Under the pieces are notes generated by a model. The model saw only the letters and a list, made by a program, of their open reading frames with translations. It did no database searches and had not been told where the DNA came from. This document shows, one piece after another, positions 1-7,785 of a stretch of DNA of 20,024 nt; position 1 is the first letter of the stretch, and each line of letters opens with the position of its first letter. This stretch comes from Armatimonadota bacterium (GTDB lineage: Bacteria; Armatimonadota; Fimbriimonadia; Fimbriimonadales; GBS-DC): NCBI GenBank assembly GCA_037445735.1, contig JBBIJY010000016.1:1-20024 (forward strand), written 5' to 3'. Both the position numbers and the translations under genes were made by a program.

Positions 1-73
1 GCGGTTAGCTCAGTGGTAGAGCACTTCCTTGACGTGGAAGGGGTCGGAGGTTCAAATCCTCCACCGCGCACCA
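1..73 (+). tRNA. tRNA-Val (anticodon GAC); first ~2 nt lie outside the window
   Basis: D-arm GCTC-AGTGGTA-GAGC; anticodon stem CTTCC/GGAAG with loop TT-GAC-GT (GAC at 31-33); T-arm GGAGG-TTCAAAT-CCTCC (46-62); acceptor 3' strand ACCGCGC (63-69) pairs with GCGGT at 1-5; discriminator A70; encoded CCA at 71-73. Confidence 0.97.
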
Positions 74-76
74 TTG

Positions 77-2296
77 TTATGCGACCTCGACAGCCTCCGC
101 TTCCAGCGTTTCCTCCTGGCGATAATCGCAGGCGCTGTTCGAGCAGAAGAGAAGGCGCCGATTCTGTCGCCTGTTAACCCGTTCCACGAGGGGTGCGTCG
201 CACTGGGGGCACTTCTCGCCCGTCGGCTTGTCCCACAGCAGTAAGTTGCAATCGCGCTGGGAGCAGCTGTAGTAGGTGCGCCCTTTGCGGGATTTGCGGG
301 CAACCACTTCGCCCACACCACACAGCGGGCAGGGGATGCCTGTGGCGCCGGCGGGCAGGGTGGTTTTGCAGTCGGGATAGCGCGAGCATGCCAGAAACTC
401 GCCGTAGCGCCCGCTGCGCTGCACCATCGGGGCGCCACAGGTGGGGCAGGCGCGTTCCGTCGGCACAGTGGGTATCTGAATCACATCGTCGCCCGCTTTT
501 GCCACCTCCAGCTGCTGGCGGAACGGCTGATAGAACTCATGGAGCACCTGCACCCATTGCGCCTGCCCGCGCTCGATCTCGTCCAGCTCGTTTTCCATGT
601 GCGCCGTGAAGGGCACATCGAACAGGTCCGGGAAGTATTTGACCAGATAGTCGTTGACCGCTTCGCCGAGCGGTGTGGGCTTGAAGGCGCGGTTCTCCAG
701 CACCACATAGCCGCGCTCCTGAATGGTGGAGAGGATGGTGGCGTAGGTGCTGGGTCGCCCGATACCGTGCTGTTCGAGAGCTTTGACCAGCGTGGCTTCG
801 GTGTAGCGTGGGGGTGGCTGGGTGAAGTGCTGTTCGGGTTTGAGTTCGATCAGGCGCAGTTCCTCGCCCTGCTCCAGCGCGGGCAGCGGCGGCAACTCTT
901 CTTCCTCGCGCTCGGCGGTGTCTTTGCCCTCGCGATAGAGCGCCATAAAGCCGTCGAACAGCACCACCGTGCCGGAGGCGCGGAAGAGATACTCTTTCGC
1001 GCGGATGTTCACGCTGGTGACTTCCAGCTCGGCGGACGCCATCTGGCTGGCAAGGAACCGCTTCCAGATGAGGTCGTACAGGCGGTATTGATCGGGCGTG
1101 AGGTAGGGGCGTACGGAGTCGGGCGTGCGGTCGACCTGTGTGGGGCGGATGGCTTCGTGAGCGTCCTGCGCGCCCTCGCGTGCTTTGTACTGACGGGGGG
1201 CGGGCGGCAGGTAGGTTGCACCGAACTGCTGCTGGATGAAGGCGCGCGCGGCTCGCTGTGCCTCTTCCGAAACGCGCGTGGAATCGGTGCGCATATAGGT
1301 GATGAGCGCGACGGCGCCTTCCGCGCCCAGCTCGACGCCCTCGTAGAGCTGCTGGGCGACCTGCATCGTGCGGCGCGCGCTGAAGCCCAGCTTGCGCGAC
1401 GCCTCCTGCTGAAGCGTGCTGGTAATGAAGGGTGGGGGCGGGTTGCGCTTCTTGCGCCGCTTCTCGACACTCTCCACTCCATAGCGGGCGCCGTCCAGAT
1501 CGTTCAGCACCGCCTGCGCGTCGGCTTCGGTCTTAAGTTCGATTTTCTGATCACCCTTCTGGCGCAGCTCGGCTTCGAAGGGGAACTCCTCATCCAGCGG
1601 GGTCAGAACGGCGGTAATCGTCCAGTACTCTTCGGGTGTGAAGGCGCGGATTTCGCGCTCGCGCTCCACAATCAAACGCACGGCGACCGACTGCACGCGC
1701 CCGGCGCTGAGCGGCTTTTTGCCCCCGCGCGTCTTGCGCCACAGCAACGGGCTGACCTCATAGCCCACCAGCCGATCCAGGATACGGCGCGCCTGCTGGG
1801 CGTTCACCCGATTCATATCGATGGTGCGCGGGTGCTGCAGGGCGCGTTTGACAGCCGATTCGGTGATCTCGTTGAACTCGATGCGTAAGGGATTTTGCAG
1901 GCGCAGCGCCTGCTGGATATGCCAGGCGATGGCTTCACCTTCCCGGTCGGGGTCGGTCGCCAGATAGATGATGGGCGCGGTCTGCGCCGCTTGCTGGAGC
2001 CGCTGCAGCACCTCGCGGCGCTCGGGCAGCGTCACATAGGTGGGCTGGAAGCCGTTGCGGATGTCGACGCCGAGCCGCTTTTCGGGCAGGTCGCGCACAT
2101 GCCCCATCGAAGCTTCGACGCGATAGCCGTTGCCCAGAATCTTTTTGAGCGTGCGCGTTTTGGCGGGCGATTCGACCACAATCAGCGGCTTGCCCGTCCC
2201 ACTGCTACCAGCTTCATCGGGCATCGGCTCCCGCCGCCGGCGACTGGCTGGCTTCGCGCGTGCCGTCCGTCGTCTCCCCACCTGAGCGTTAGCCAT
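77..2296 (-). CDS. topA: DNA topoisomerase I (type IA) with three C-terminal zinc ribbons
   Basis: TOPRIM motifs IVVESPAK and LATDPDREGEAIAWH; SAGRVQS; catalytic Tyr in ITYMRTDS; AQDAHEAIRPT; GIGRPSTYA; zinc-ribbon Cys pairs (CPTC..CSRYPDC, CPLC..CSQRDC, CPQC..CSNSAC). Start placed at ATG 2296, which overlaps the upstream stop (ATGGCTAA); TTG 2308 and ATG 2224 are alternatives. Confidence 0.97.
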   Translation of the reverse strand: MANAQVGRRRTARAKPASRRRREPMPDEAGSSGTGKPLIVVESPAKTRTLKKILGNGYRVEASMGHVRDLPEKRLGVDIRNGFQPTYVTLPERREVLQRLQQAAQTAPIIYLATDPDREGEAIAWHIQQALRLQNPLRIEFNEITESAVKRALQHPRTIDMNRVNAQQARRILDRLVGYEVSPLLWRKTRGGKKPLSAGRVQSVAVRLIVEREREIRAFTPEEYWTITAVLTPLDEEFPFEAELRQKGDQKIELKTEADAQAVLNDLDGARYGVESVEKRRKKRNPPPPFITSTLQQEASRKLGFSARRTMQVAQQLYEGVELGAEGAVALITYMRTDSTRVSEEAQRAARAFIQQQFGATYLPPAPRQYKAREGAQDAHEAIRPTQVDRTPDSVRPYLTPDQYRLYDLIWKRFLASQMASAELEVTSVNIRAKEYLFRASGTVVLFDGFMALYREGKDTAEREEEELPPLPALEQGEELRLIELKPEQHFTQPPPRYTEATLVKALEQHGIGRPSTYATILSTIQERGYVVLENRAFKPTPLGEAVNDYLVKYFPDLFDVPFTAHMENELDEIERGQAQWVQVLHEFYQPFRQQLEVAKAGDDVIQIPTVPTERACPTCGAPMVQRSGRYGEFLACSRYPDCKTTLPAGATGIPCPLCGVGEVVARKSRKGRTYYSCSQRDCNLLLWDKPTGEKCPQCDAPLVERVNRRQNRRLLFCSNSACDYRQEETLEAEAVEVA

Positions 2297-3215
2297 AGCA
2301 ATCTGCAAGTATACCTGCTATCGCTTCGTCGTCTGGCAGCTCATCGACCTGATGGAGCGACCAGTGTTCGATATGTTCCAGTGTGGCGTCCGGCTCCAGC
2401 AGCGTCAGAGGCGAGAGCGTCTCCAGTTCCAGCATTTCGGCGTTGGTGAACAGCTCGCAGTTGCAGCCGAAATCGGGATAGGTGGCGTTTGGCAGGCAGT
2501 CCCATCGCTTCAGGAACAGCTCACCCTTCAGGAAGTACGCCATCCAGCCCTGCGTGTTCAGCGCGCCGCACTTCTGGGGCGTGGAAAGGCGGGGATCCTG
2601 ATAGAGGCGAAAGGTGCGCCGCCCCCACTGCCAGCGCGGATCACTCATATCGGTGTACGCCCACAGCACAAGGGGTCGCACGGGCAACAGCGCGTCGGGA
2701 TGCGGGCGGAATGGCTCCTGCGGCACAATCGCACAACCGCCCGGCGCCATCGCGCTGATTGCCCACGCCGCCAGCTGGACCGCCCACAGGTTGCGATTAA
2801 TGAGCCGATGCCTCACCTCAATCTGGGTCGGATGCCAGCGGATTTCCATCTCTTTCTGGATGCCTGTGCGCGGCTCGGTCGGCTGGCGCAGCAGGAGGCG
2901 CCTGCCGTCCCAATCCCACTCGATGGGGTTGTTATCAGGCAGATAGGTGCGGGTGGGATGTTCGGGCGCATGCCAGAGCCGATGTCCGCCGTAAATGCGC
3001 CACTCGCTGCCGCCCGTTTTGCCGCGCTGGTCGGGATTCTCCCAGAAGAGGTTCTGCCCGCCCACAAAGCCCAGCCGAATGATGCGCGGTCCGACCTGTG
3101 TGGTAGCAACCAGCTCCCGGCGCCCATCGGTCAGGCGCAGGCACTGCTCCCAGCCTGCGTAGGCAATAATCTCACAGGACAGCATGCCTCCTCTATTCGC
3201 GTCCACCCGAATCAC
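2289..3215 (-). CDS. Conserved hypothetical protein, DUF4380-like / galactose-mutarotase-like fold
   Basis: GPRIIRLG..GGQNLF, YGGHRLWHAPE, YPDFGCNCELFT and MLELETLSPL resemble this family from memory. GTG 3215 overlaps the upstream TGA (GTGA); ATG 3185 is an alternative start. Confidence 0.65.
   Translation of the reverse strand: MIRVDANRGGMLSCEIIAYAGWEQCLRLTDGRRELVATTQVGPRIIRLGFVGGQNLFWENPDQRGKTGGSEWRIYGGHRLWHAPEHPTRTYLPDNNPIEWDWDGRRLLLRQPTEPRTGIQKEMEIRWHPTQIEVRHRLINRNLWAVQLAAWAISAMAPGGCAIVPQEPFRPHPDALLPVRPLVLWAYTDMSDPRWQWGRRTFRLYQDPRLSTPQKCGALNTQGWMAYFLKGELFLKRWDCLPNATYPDFGCNCELFTNAEMLELETLSPLTLLEPDATLEHIEHWSLHQVDELPDDEAIAGILADCYG
2308..2313 (-). promoter_or_regulatory. Putative -10 box (AGG-TATACT) for topA, inside the 3' end of the upstream gene
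   Basis: Minus strand reads caggTATACTtgcagattgctATG: 11 nt from hexamer to ATG 2296, with no SD between them. Confidence 0.45.
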
Positions 3216-3820
3216 TCCCGCTCGAACAGGGCAATAAAGGTTCGCACTAACAGGTAGAGGTCCAATAATAGCGAGCGTCGGCGCACATATTCGGCGTCGG
3301 ACGCCAGCTTGAGGGGCAGAAGCACCTCACGGTAATATTTTTCAGGGTCAGACTGCTGGGCGAGCAGGCGTTCCTCGTGCCGATAGCGAATCTGGGTCAG
3401 CCCTGTGATGCCAGGGCGCACGCTCAGCACCAGCTCGCGCAGCTGTGGCTCCCAGAGTTGCACATACTGTTCGACTTCAGGGCGCGGTCCGACGAGGCTC
3501 ATCTCGCCCTTGAGCACATTCCAGAGCTGGGGCAGTTCGTCCAGCTTGGTGGCGCGCAGGATTCGCCCGATGCGGGTGATTCGGGGGTCGTGCCCTGCAG
3601 TGATTGCGCCGCCTCGCTTCGGCGCATCCTGCACCATTGTGCGGAACTTCAACACCTTAAACTTGCGCCCATAGCGCCCCACACGCTCATGGGCGAAAAA
3701 GACACCGCCTGGCGAATCGAGCTTGATCAGCAGGGCAATCACCGCCATCAGCGGCGCCAGCACAATCAGCCCCAGCCCCGCAATCAGGCAATCAACTATT
3801 CTTTTTAATGGTTCATACAT
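3212..3820 (-). CDS. Initiating phosphoglycosyl transferase (small monotopic Bac_transf family, PglC/WcfS-like)
   Basis: KR..D followed by one hydrophobic segment containing Pro; [13 protein letters not shown]; catalytic dyad in [30 protein letters not shown]. Confidence 0.93.
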   Translation of the reverse strand: MYEPLKRIVDCLIAGLGLIVLAPLMAVIALLIKLDSPGGVFFAHERVGRYGRKFKVLKFRTMVQDAPKRGGAITAGHDPRITRIGRILRATKLDELPQLWNVLKGEMSLVGPRPEVEQYVQLWEPQLRELVLSVRPGITGLTQIRYRHEERLLAQQSDPEKYYREVLLPLKLASDAEYVRRRSLLLDLYLLVRTFIALFERE

Positions 3821-4223
3821 CGTCTCCGTCCACGCTCTGCGTCTGTTGCCACTGTATCAGGTATTCCGATACAGTCTGAACAAAGGAGCGGGCATCTGTC
3901 AGGAGTTGCTGCACTTCGTCCGCATCGAGTGTAAAACCGATCCCATAGTCACCCACAATTCGCTTATCATAGGCTTCGTTGAGGAGTCTCCCCATTCTGC
4001 GCGGGAATACGCCCGTTTTAACGAAGTGCTGGCTAAATAGCGAAAGAACACCTTTATGTGAGGAACCTGTCAGACCTTTTGTAAGCAGGGTCGCCTCTGC
4101 CACAAAGAACATTGCATAGTAGCACCGTGAGGCGCAGGAATCGTAGTCACCTATTTCCAGAGCCTTCTCGGCGGTAGCTAAAAATCTTCTTGCCTTTTCT
4201 ATCAGCTCTTCTATCTCTCTCAT
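3813..4223 (-). CDS. HEPN domain protein (COG1895/UPF0332-like), partner of MNT
   Basis: 136 aa, predicted all-helical; ASRCYYAMF, SSHKGV..LF..HFV and R-IVG-DY motifs; ATGA overlap with the upstream nucleotidyltransferase; GGAGG upstream. Confidence 0.88.
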   Translation of the reverse strand: MREIEELIEKARRFLATAEKALEIGDYDSCASRCYYAMFFVAEATLLTKGLTGSSHKGVLSLFSQHFVKTGVFPRRMGRLLNEAYDKRIVGDYGIGFTLDADEVQQLLTDARSFVQTVSEYLIQWQQTQSVDGDDV

Positions 4224-4555
4224 ATCTGAACAGCCTCCTGACGCACACGGCGCAGGAAGATAGAACCCCCTTTTTCATAGACCGATCTCGGTAGCACAAT
4301 CACAGAGACCAGCTCGTCTTTTTCTAAAAGAATATCATATATAAAATTGCTCAAACTTTTTCGTACTTCAGAGGGACGAAGTGAGTCATCCACAAGCACC
4401 AGCAGATCAATATCCGATTCGGCTCTGGCTTGCCCGCGTGCGCAGGAGCCATACAGCAGAACCGAATCGATGCCCCTGCCATAGCGCTGCACCAGATACG
4501 CCTTGATCTGACTGGCAATTTCTCGCACCTTCGCCCTGCTTTTGGTTCCCATCAT
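4220..4555 (-). CDS. Minimal nucleotidyltransferase (MNT, polymerase-beta superfamily)
   Basis: LLYGS-CARGQARAES-DIDLLV is an exact GS-x10-DxD signature; about 111 aa. Start placed at ATG 4555 (ORF track uses TTG 4573). Confidence 0.9.
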   Translation of the reverse strand: MMGTKSRAKVREIASQIKAYLVQRYGRGIDSVLLYGSCARGQARAESDIDLLVLVDDSLRPSEVRKSLSNFIYDILLEKDELVSVIVLPRSVYEKGGSIFLRRVRQEAVQI

Positions 4556-4562
4556 GAAAGAG

Positions 4563-4568
4563 AGAATA
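4563..4568 (-). promoter_or_regulatory. Putative -10 box (GGG-TATTCT) giving a leaderless MNT-HEPN transcript
   Basis: Minus strand reads gggTATTCTctctttcATG: 7 nt from hexamer to ATG 4555, with no SD in the 25-nt gap after the aminotransferase stop. Confidence 0.45.
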
Positions 4569-4580
4569 CCCAATTATGGT

Positions 4581-5750
4581 TTACCTTCTCCAACACCTGC
4601 CGACATCGCACACGGCTTCGATCACATCGGCAACATCCTGGTCGCTCATGGCGGGGTAGAGCGGCAGGGAGATGGTGCGCTCATAGTACCGCTCGGCGTT
4701 GGGGAACTGCCTGCGCTGCCAGCCGTAGCGAGCGTAGTGCGGGTGATAATGGATCGGGATGAAATGCACGCTGGTGCCGATGTTGCGGGCTTTCAGCTCC
4801 TCAATAAATCGGGCGCGGTCGATTCGCAGCGCATCGGGGTTCAGCAGGATCGTGTAGAGATGCCAGACATGGGTTCGGTCAGGGGGCACTTCGGGTGGGA
4901 AGGGTGTCAGGAAGTCGCACTCCATAAAGGCGCGGTGGTACTGGGCGGCAATCTGCTGGCGGCGGGCGTTCATCGCGTCCAGTTTCTGGAGCTGGCAGAT
5001 GCCCAGCGCCGCCTGCAGGTCGGTCATATTATATTTGAAGCCCAGCGTCTGTACCTCGTAGTACCATGTGCCCGCTGCCATATAGCGTTTCCATGCGTCG
5101 CGGCTGATGCCGTGCAGGCTCAGGATTCGGCACTGGTCAGCCAGATCGGCGTCGCATGTGGTGATCATCCCGCCTTCGCCGGTGGTGAGGTTCTTGGTGG
5201 CATAGAAGGAGAAGGCGGTGGCATGGGCAATCGCGCCGATTTTGCGCCCTCGGTAAGTTGCACCGACGGCATGCGCGGCATCTTCCAGCACCAGCAGCTG
5301 ATGACGCGCGGCGATGTCCATGATGGCATCCATGTCGCAGGGCAGTCCACCATAATGCACGGGCAGGAGGGCGCGCGTGCGTGGCGTGAGGGCGTCCTCG
5401 ATGCGATTGGGGTCGATGTTCGCGGTGGCGGGGTCGATATCGACCAGCACGGGCGTTGCGCCCACATACTCGATGGCTTCGATGGTGGCACAGAAGGTGA
5501 GCGGCGTGGTGATGACCTCCTCGCCCTGTCCGATGCCCCATGCGGTCAGCACCAGATGCATCGCAGCGGTGCAGGAGTTGACCGCGACGGCGTGGGGCAC
5601 ACCGATGTAAGCAGCAAATAGCTCCTCAAACTGCCGAACCTTTGGTCCTGTGGTCAGCCAGCCGCTGCGCAGCACCTCCAGCGCCGCATGCTCCTCCTGC
5701 TCATCGAGCAGGGGCAGCGAGTAGGGCAAAAAAGTTTCGCGCCGATTCAT
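4581..5750 (-). CDS. DegT/DnrJ/EryC1/StrS family PLP-dependent sugar aminotransferase
   Basis: SGWLTTGP, VNSCTAAMHL, PVHYGG, EDAAHA, PLP lysine in SFYATKNLTTGEGG, GFKYNMTDLQAA, ISLPLYP; ATGA overlap with the upstream formyltransferase. Confidence 0.96.
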   Translation of the reverse strand: MNRRETFLPYSLPLLDEQEEHAALEVLRSGWLTTGPKVRQFEELFAAYIGVPHAVAVNSCTAAMHLVLTAWGIGQGEEVITTPLTFCATIEAIEYVGATPVLVDIDPATANIDPNRIEDALTPRTRALLPVHYGGLPCDMDAIMDIAARHQLLVLEDAAHAVGATYRGRKIGAIAHATAFSFYATKNLTTGEGGMITTCDADLADQCRILSLHGISRDAWKRYMAAGTWYYEVQTLGFKYNMTDLQAALGICQLQKLDAMNARRQQIAAQYHRAFMECDFLTPFPPEVPPDRTHVWHLYTILLNPDALRIDRARFIEELKARNIGTSVHFIPIHYHPHYARYGWQRRQFPNAERYYERTISLPLYPAMSDQDVADVIEAVCDVGRCWRR

Positions 5751-6604
5751 CGCCTGCTCACCTGTGGGATCTCCACCTGTCTCTGTTGTTGAAGGGTGTC
5801 CCGGATTGCCCGATACAATTCACCGAACCGAGCAATCGCAAACCCGTTACGGCGCAGCGATCGGTAGGCAGCCCAGGTTGGGTGAGAACGATAGGAACGA
5901 CAACTCATGTTCTGTGGAGTGCCGTGCACGCCCTGTAGCGCCAGGTCCACTGCTTCCATGAGCGCGTCGCGCCCTAACAAAGACAGCTGGCGAAACAGTT
6001 CAAACGCGCTGATAGCGGGTGGTACAGGCATCGCTCGCTGCACCAGAATGTTGCCTGCATCGAACTCTTCTGTCATATAATGAACAGTAATACCTGTCTG
6101 CGGTTGATTTTCTGCCAGCACCCAGAAATAGGGAGCCAGCCCTGCATAGGCGGGCAAAAGTGAACTGTGAATATTCACAAAGCCGCGCTCAGGCAAATTC
6201 AGAAGCTTTGCCCGAATGCGTTGTGGGCAACTGACCGAGACTCCCAGCGCGGGCTGCCGCGCACGAAGCCATTCGTAGACCTCGACACTGTTGACCTTAA
6301 TTGCGCGCATGCAGGGGATCCCCAGATCGCGTGCCATTGCTCCTACCTCAAGCCAGGCGTGACGATTCCACTTCTGGGCGACGCGGAACATCAGGTATTG
6401 AAGGAGCTTATAGGCGGTGTAAGGCAGCGCGGTGCGTCGCCCCACATGCCAGAGGGACGACACGCCTGTGCGACCGCTGTAGTCCCCCTCAATCAAAACG
6501 ATACCGCCCACCTGATTCGTGCGCTCTATTAACAGGCGCTCCAGAATCAACCGCGCGAAATAGTTCCCGTTCGTAATAATCACAATACAATTATTCCTTA
6601 TCAT
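5747..6604 (-). CDS. N10-formyl-THF-dependent formyltransferase, probable sugar N-formyltransferase
   Basis: NIHSSLLPAYAG matches the N-x-H-x-S-L-L-P catalytic motif; GITVHYM..EFDAGNIL carries the catalytic Asp; no Fmt C-terminal domain; lies in a glycan locus next to the aminotransferase. Confidence 0.88.
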   Translation of the reverse strand: MIRNNCIVIITNGNYFARLILERLLIERTNQVGGIVLIEGDYSGRTGVSSLWHVGRRTALPYTAYKLLQYLMFRVAQKWNRHAWLEVGAMARDLGIPCMRAIKVNSVEVYEWLRARQPALGVSVSCPQRIRAKLLNLPERGFVNIHSSLLPAYAGLAPYFWVLAENQPQTGITVHYMTEEFDAGNILVQRAMPVPPAISAFELFRQLSLLGRDALMEAVDLALQGVHGTPQNMSCRSYRSHPTWAAYRSLRRNGFAIARFGELYRAIRDTLQQQRQVEIPQVSRR

Positions 6605-7785
6605 TTAGATGTTCCTCCACAGGCGGTCAATCCGATTGTCTGCAGGATGCGTCGGTTAATAACCTTCACATCGAACCGCTCTTCTGCCAGTTTGCGGCTC
6701 GCCTGACCCATCGTGATAATCAAATCGGGCTGCCGAATGAACTGTTCCATTGCCTCAACCAGCGCGTTCACATCGCGGGGCGGCACCAGAAAGCCATTTA
6801 CGCCGTGAACAACGGTTTCCCTGCAACCGGGCGCATCGGTGGTGATGATGGGGCGCGCCATCGCCATCGCCTCCTGCGTGCTGCGAGGCACACCTTCTCG
6901 GTATGAAGGCAGCACATAGACGCTGGTCTGCGCGAAGTAGGGGCGCACATCAGGCACATGCCCCCGCCACTCCAGAATGCCCTGGTGAACCCATGACTCC
7001 ACCTCCTGCTGGGTGAGGGCGCCAGGGTTGGTGTCCAGCCCACCCAGTAGCAGAAAGCGCGTGCTGGGGTGGCGCGTCTTGATAATGCGCGCCGCTTCCG
7101 CGAACTCCACAATCCCTTTCTCGCGAAGCAAGCGCGCTGCTAAGGTAAAGGTGATTGGCTCCAGCACCGGCGGCACAGGTTGCCATTCTGCCAGATCAAT
7201 GCCGGTTGCACCCAGTAGGCATGCCTTTGCTGGTTCCACAAGACGCGCCTTAATGAACTCCCTCAAATCATCGGGATTCTGGAACAGTACAGTCTGCGCT
7301 CGTCGCAGTGCCAGGCGATAAAGCGTTTTGATAAGCGCGCGAGTGAGCCGTAGCTTGAGAGAGGCGAATGGCGTTTCGATAAAAGCATATCCCAGCCCTG
7401 CAATCAGCACCACACGCTGGGGCACTCGGGCAAGGGAGGCAGCCAGCGTACCATAAATCACAGGCTTGATGTTGTAGGGGATGACCACATCAGGGCGAAG
7501 CCGGCGCAAAATGCGTGTTAAGGCAATCACAGCGCGTGCATCCTGAAAGGGGTTCATTCCCGTACGGTTCAGGGGGTAGTCGATGGGTGTTGCGCCCAGC
7601 CTGGTGACCGCTTCACGAATTTCGGGTGTATAGTCAGGCGCCAGCACAGAGACTTCAGCGCCATGCGCTACCAGATCGCGAATGAGCGCACCGCGAAAGC
7701 TGATAATCGTCTGCGCATACGGCGAAATGAGCGCTACCCGTTCAGGGTGCGCGATTACTTTCGGCACGCCTTCCGCTCGATCCAT
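6601..7785 (-). CDS. Glycosyltransferase family 4 (CapM/PglA-like)
   Basis: FRGALI, KPVIYG, GLGYAF, FQNPDD, RLLREKGIVEF, LPSYREGVPRSTQEAMAM (E-x7-E), TTDAPGCRE. Start uncertain (ATG 7806, ATG 7785 or GTG 7767). Confidence 0.92.
   Translation of the reverse strand: MDRAEGVPKVIAHPERVALISPYAQTIISFRGALIRDLVAHGAEVSVLAPDYTPEIREAVTRLGATPIDYPLNRTGMNPFQDARAVIALTRILRRLRPDVVIPYNIKPVIYGTLAASLARVPQRVVLIAGLGYAFIETPFASLKLRLTRALIKTLYRLALRRAQTVLFQNPDDLREFIKARLVEPAKACLLGATGIDLAEWQPVPPVLEPITFTLAARLLREKGIVEFAEAARIIKTRHPSTRFLLLGGLDTNPGALTQQEVESWVHQGILEWRGHVPDVRPYFAQTSVYVLPSYREGVPRSTQEAMAMARPIITTDAPGCRETVVHGVNGFLVPPRDVNALVEAMEQFIRQPDLIITMGQASRKLAEERFDVKVINRRILQTIGLTACGGTSK

Noticed and set aside
29..35. G rather than A at tRNA position 37 (loop TTGACGT)
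   Set aside because: Position 37 is still a purine and the cloverleaf is intact; I have no basis for calling it unusual or defective.
1..76. tRNA as the attachment site of a genomic island carrying the glycan locus
   Set aside because: The housekeeping gene topA abuts the tRNA 3' end directly; no integrase is present, and I saw no duplicated tRNA 3' fragment in the window.
539..1888. 449-aa plus-strand ORF antisense to topA (similarly 2352..3257, 4542..5621, 12275..13054 and minus-strand 16496..17806)
   Set aside because: Each lies almost entirely opposite a gene with clear family motifs and has no recognisable motif itself; long antisense frames are an expected by-product of GC-rich codon usage.
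5747..6604. Methionyl-tRNA formyltransferase (fmt) or an arn lipid A modification operon
   Set aside because: No Fmt C-terminal domain and no def gene nearby; no ArnA dehydrogenase domain, ArnC-type GT2 or ArnT, so a sugar formyltransferase in a Wzx/Wzy locus fits better.
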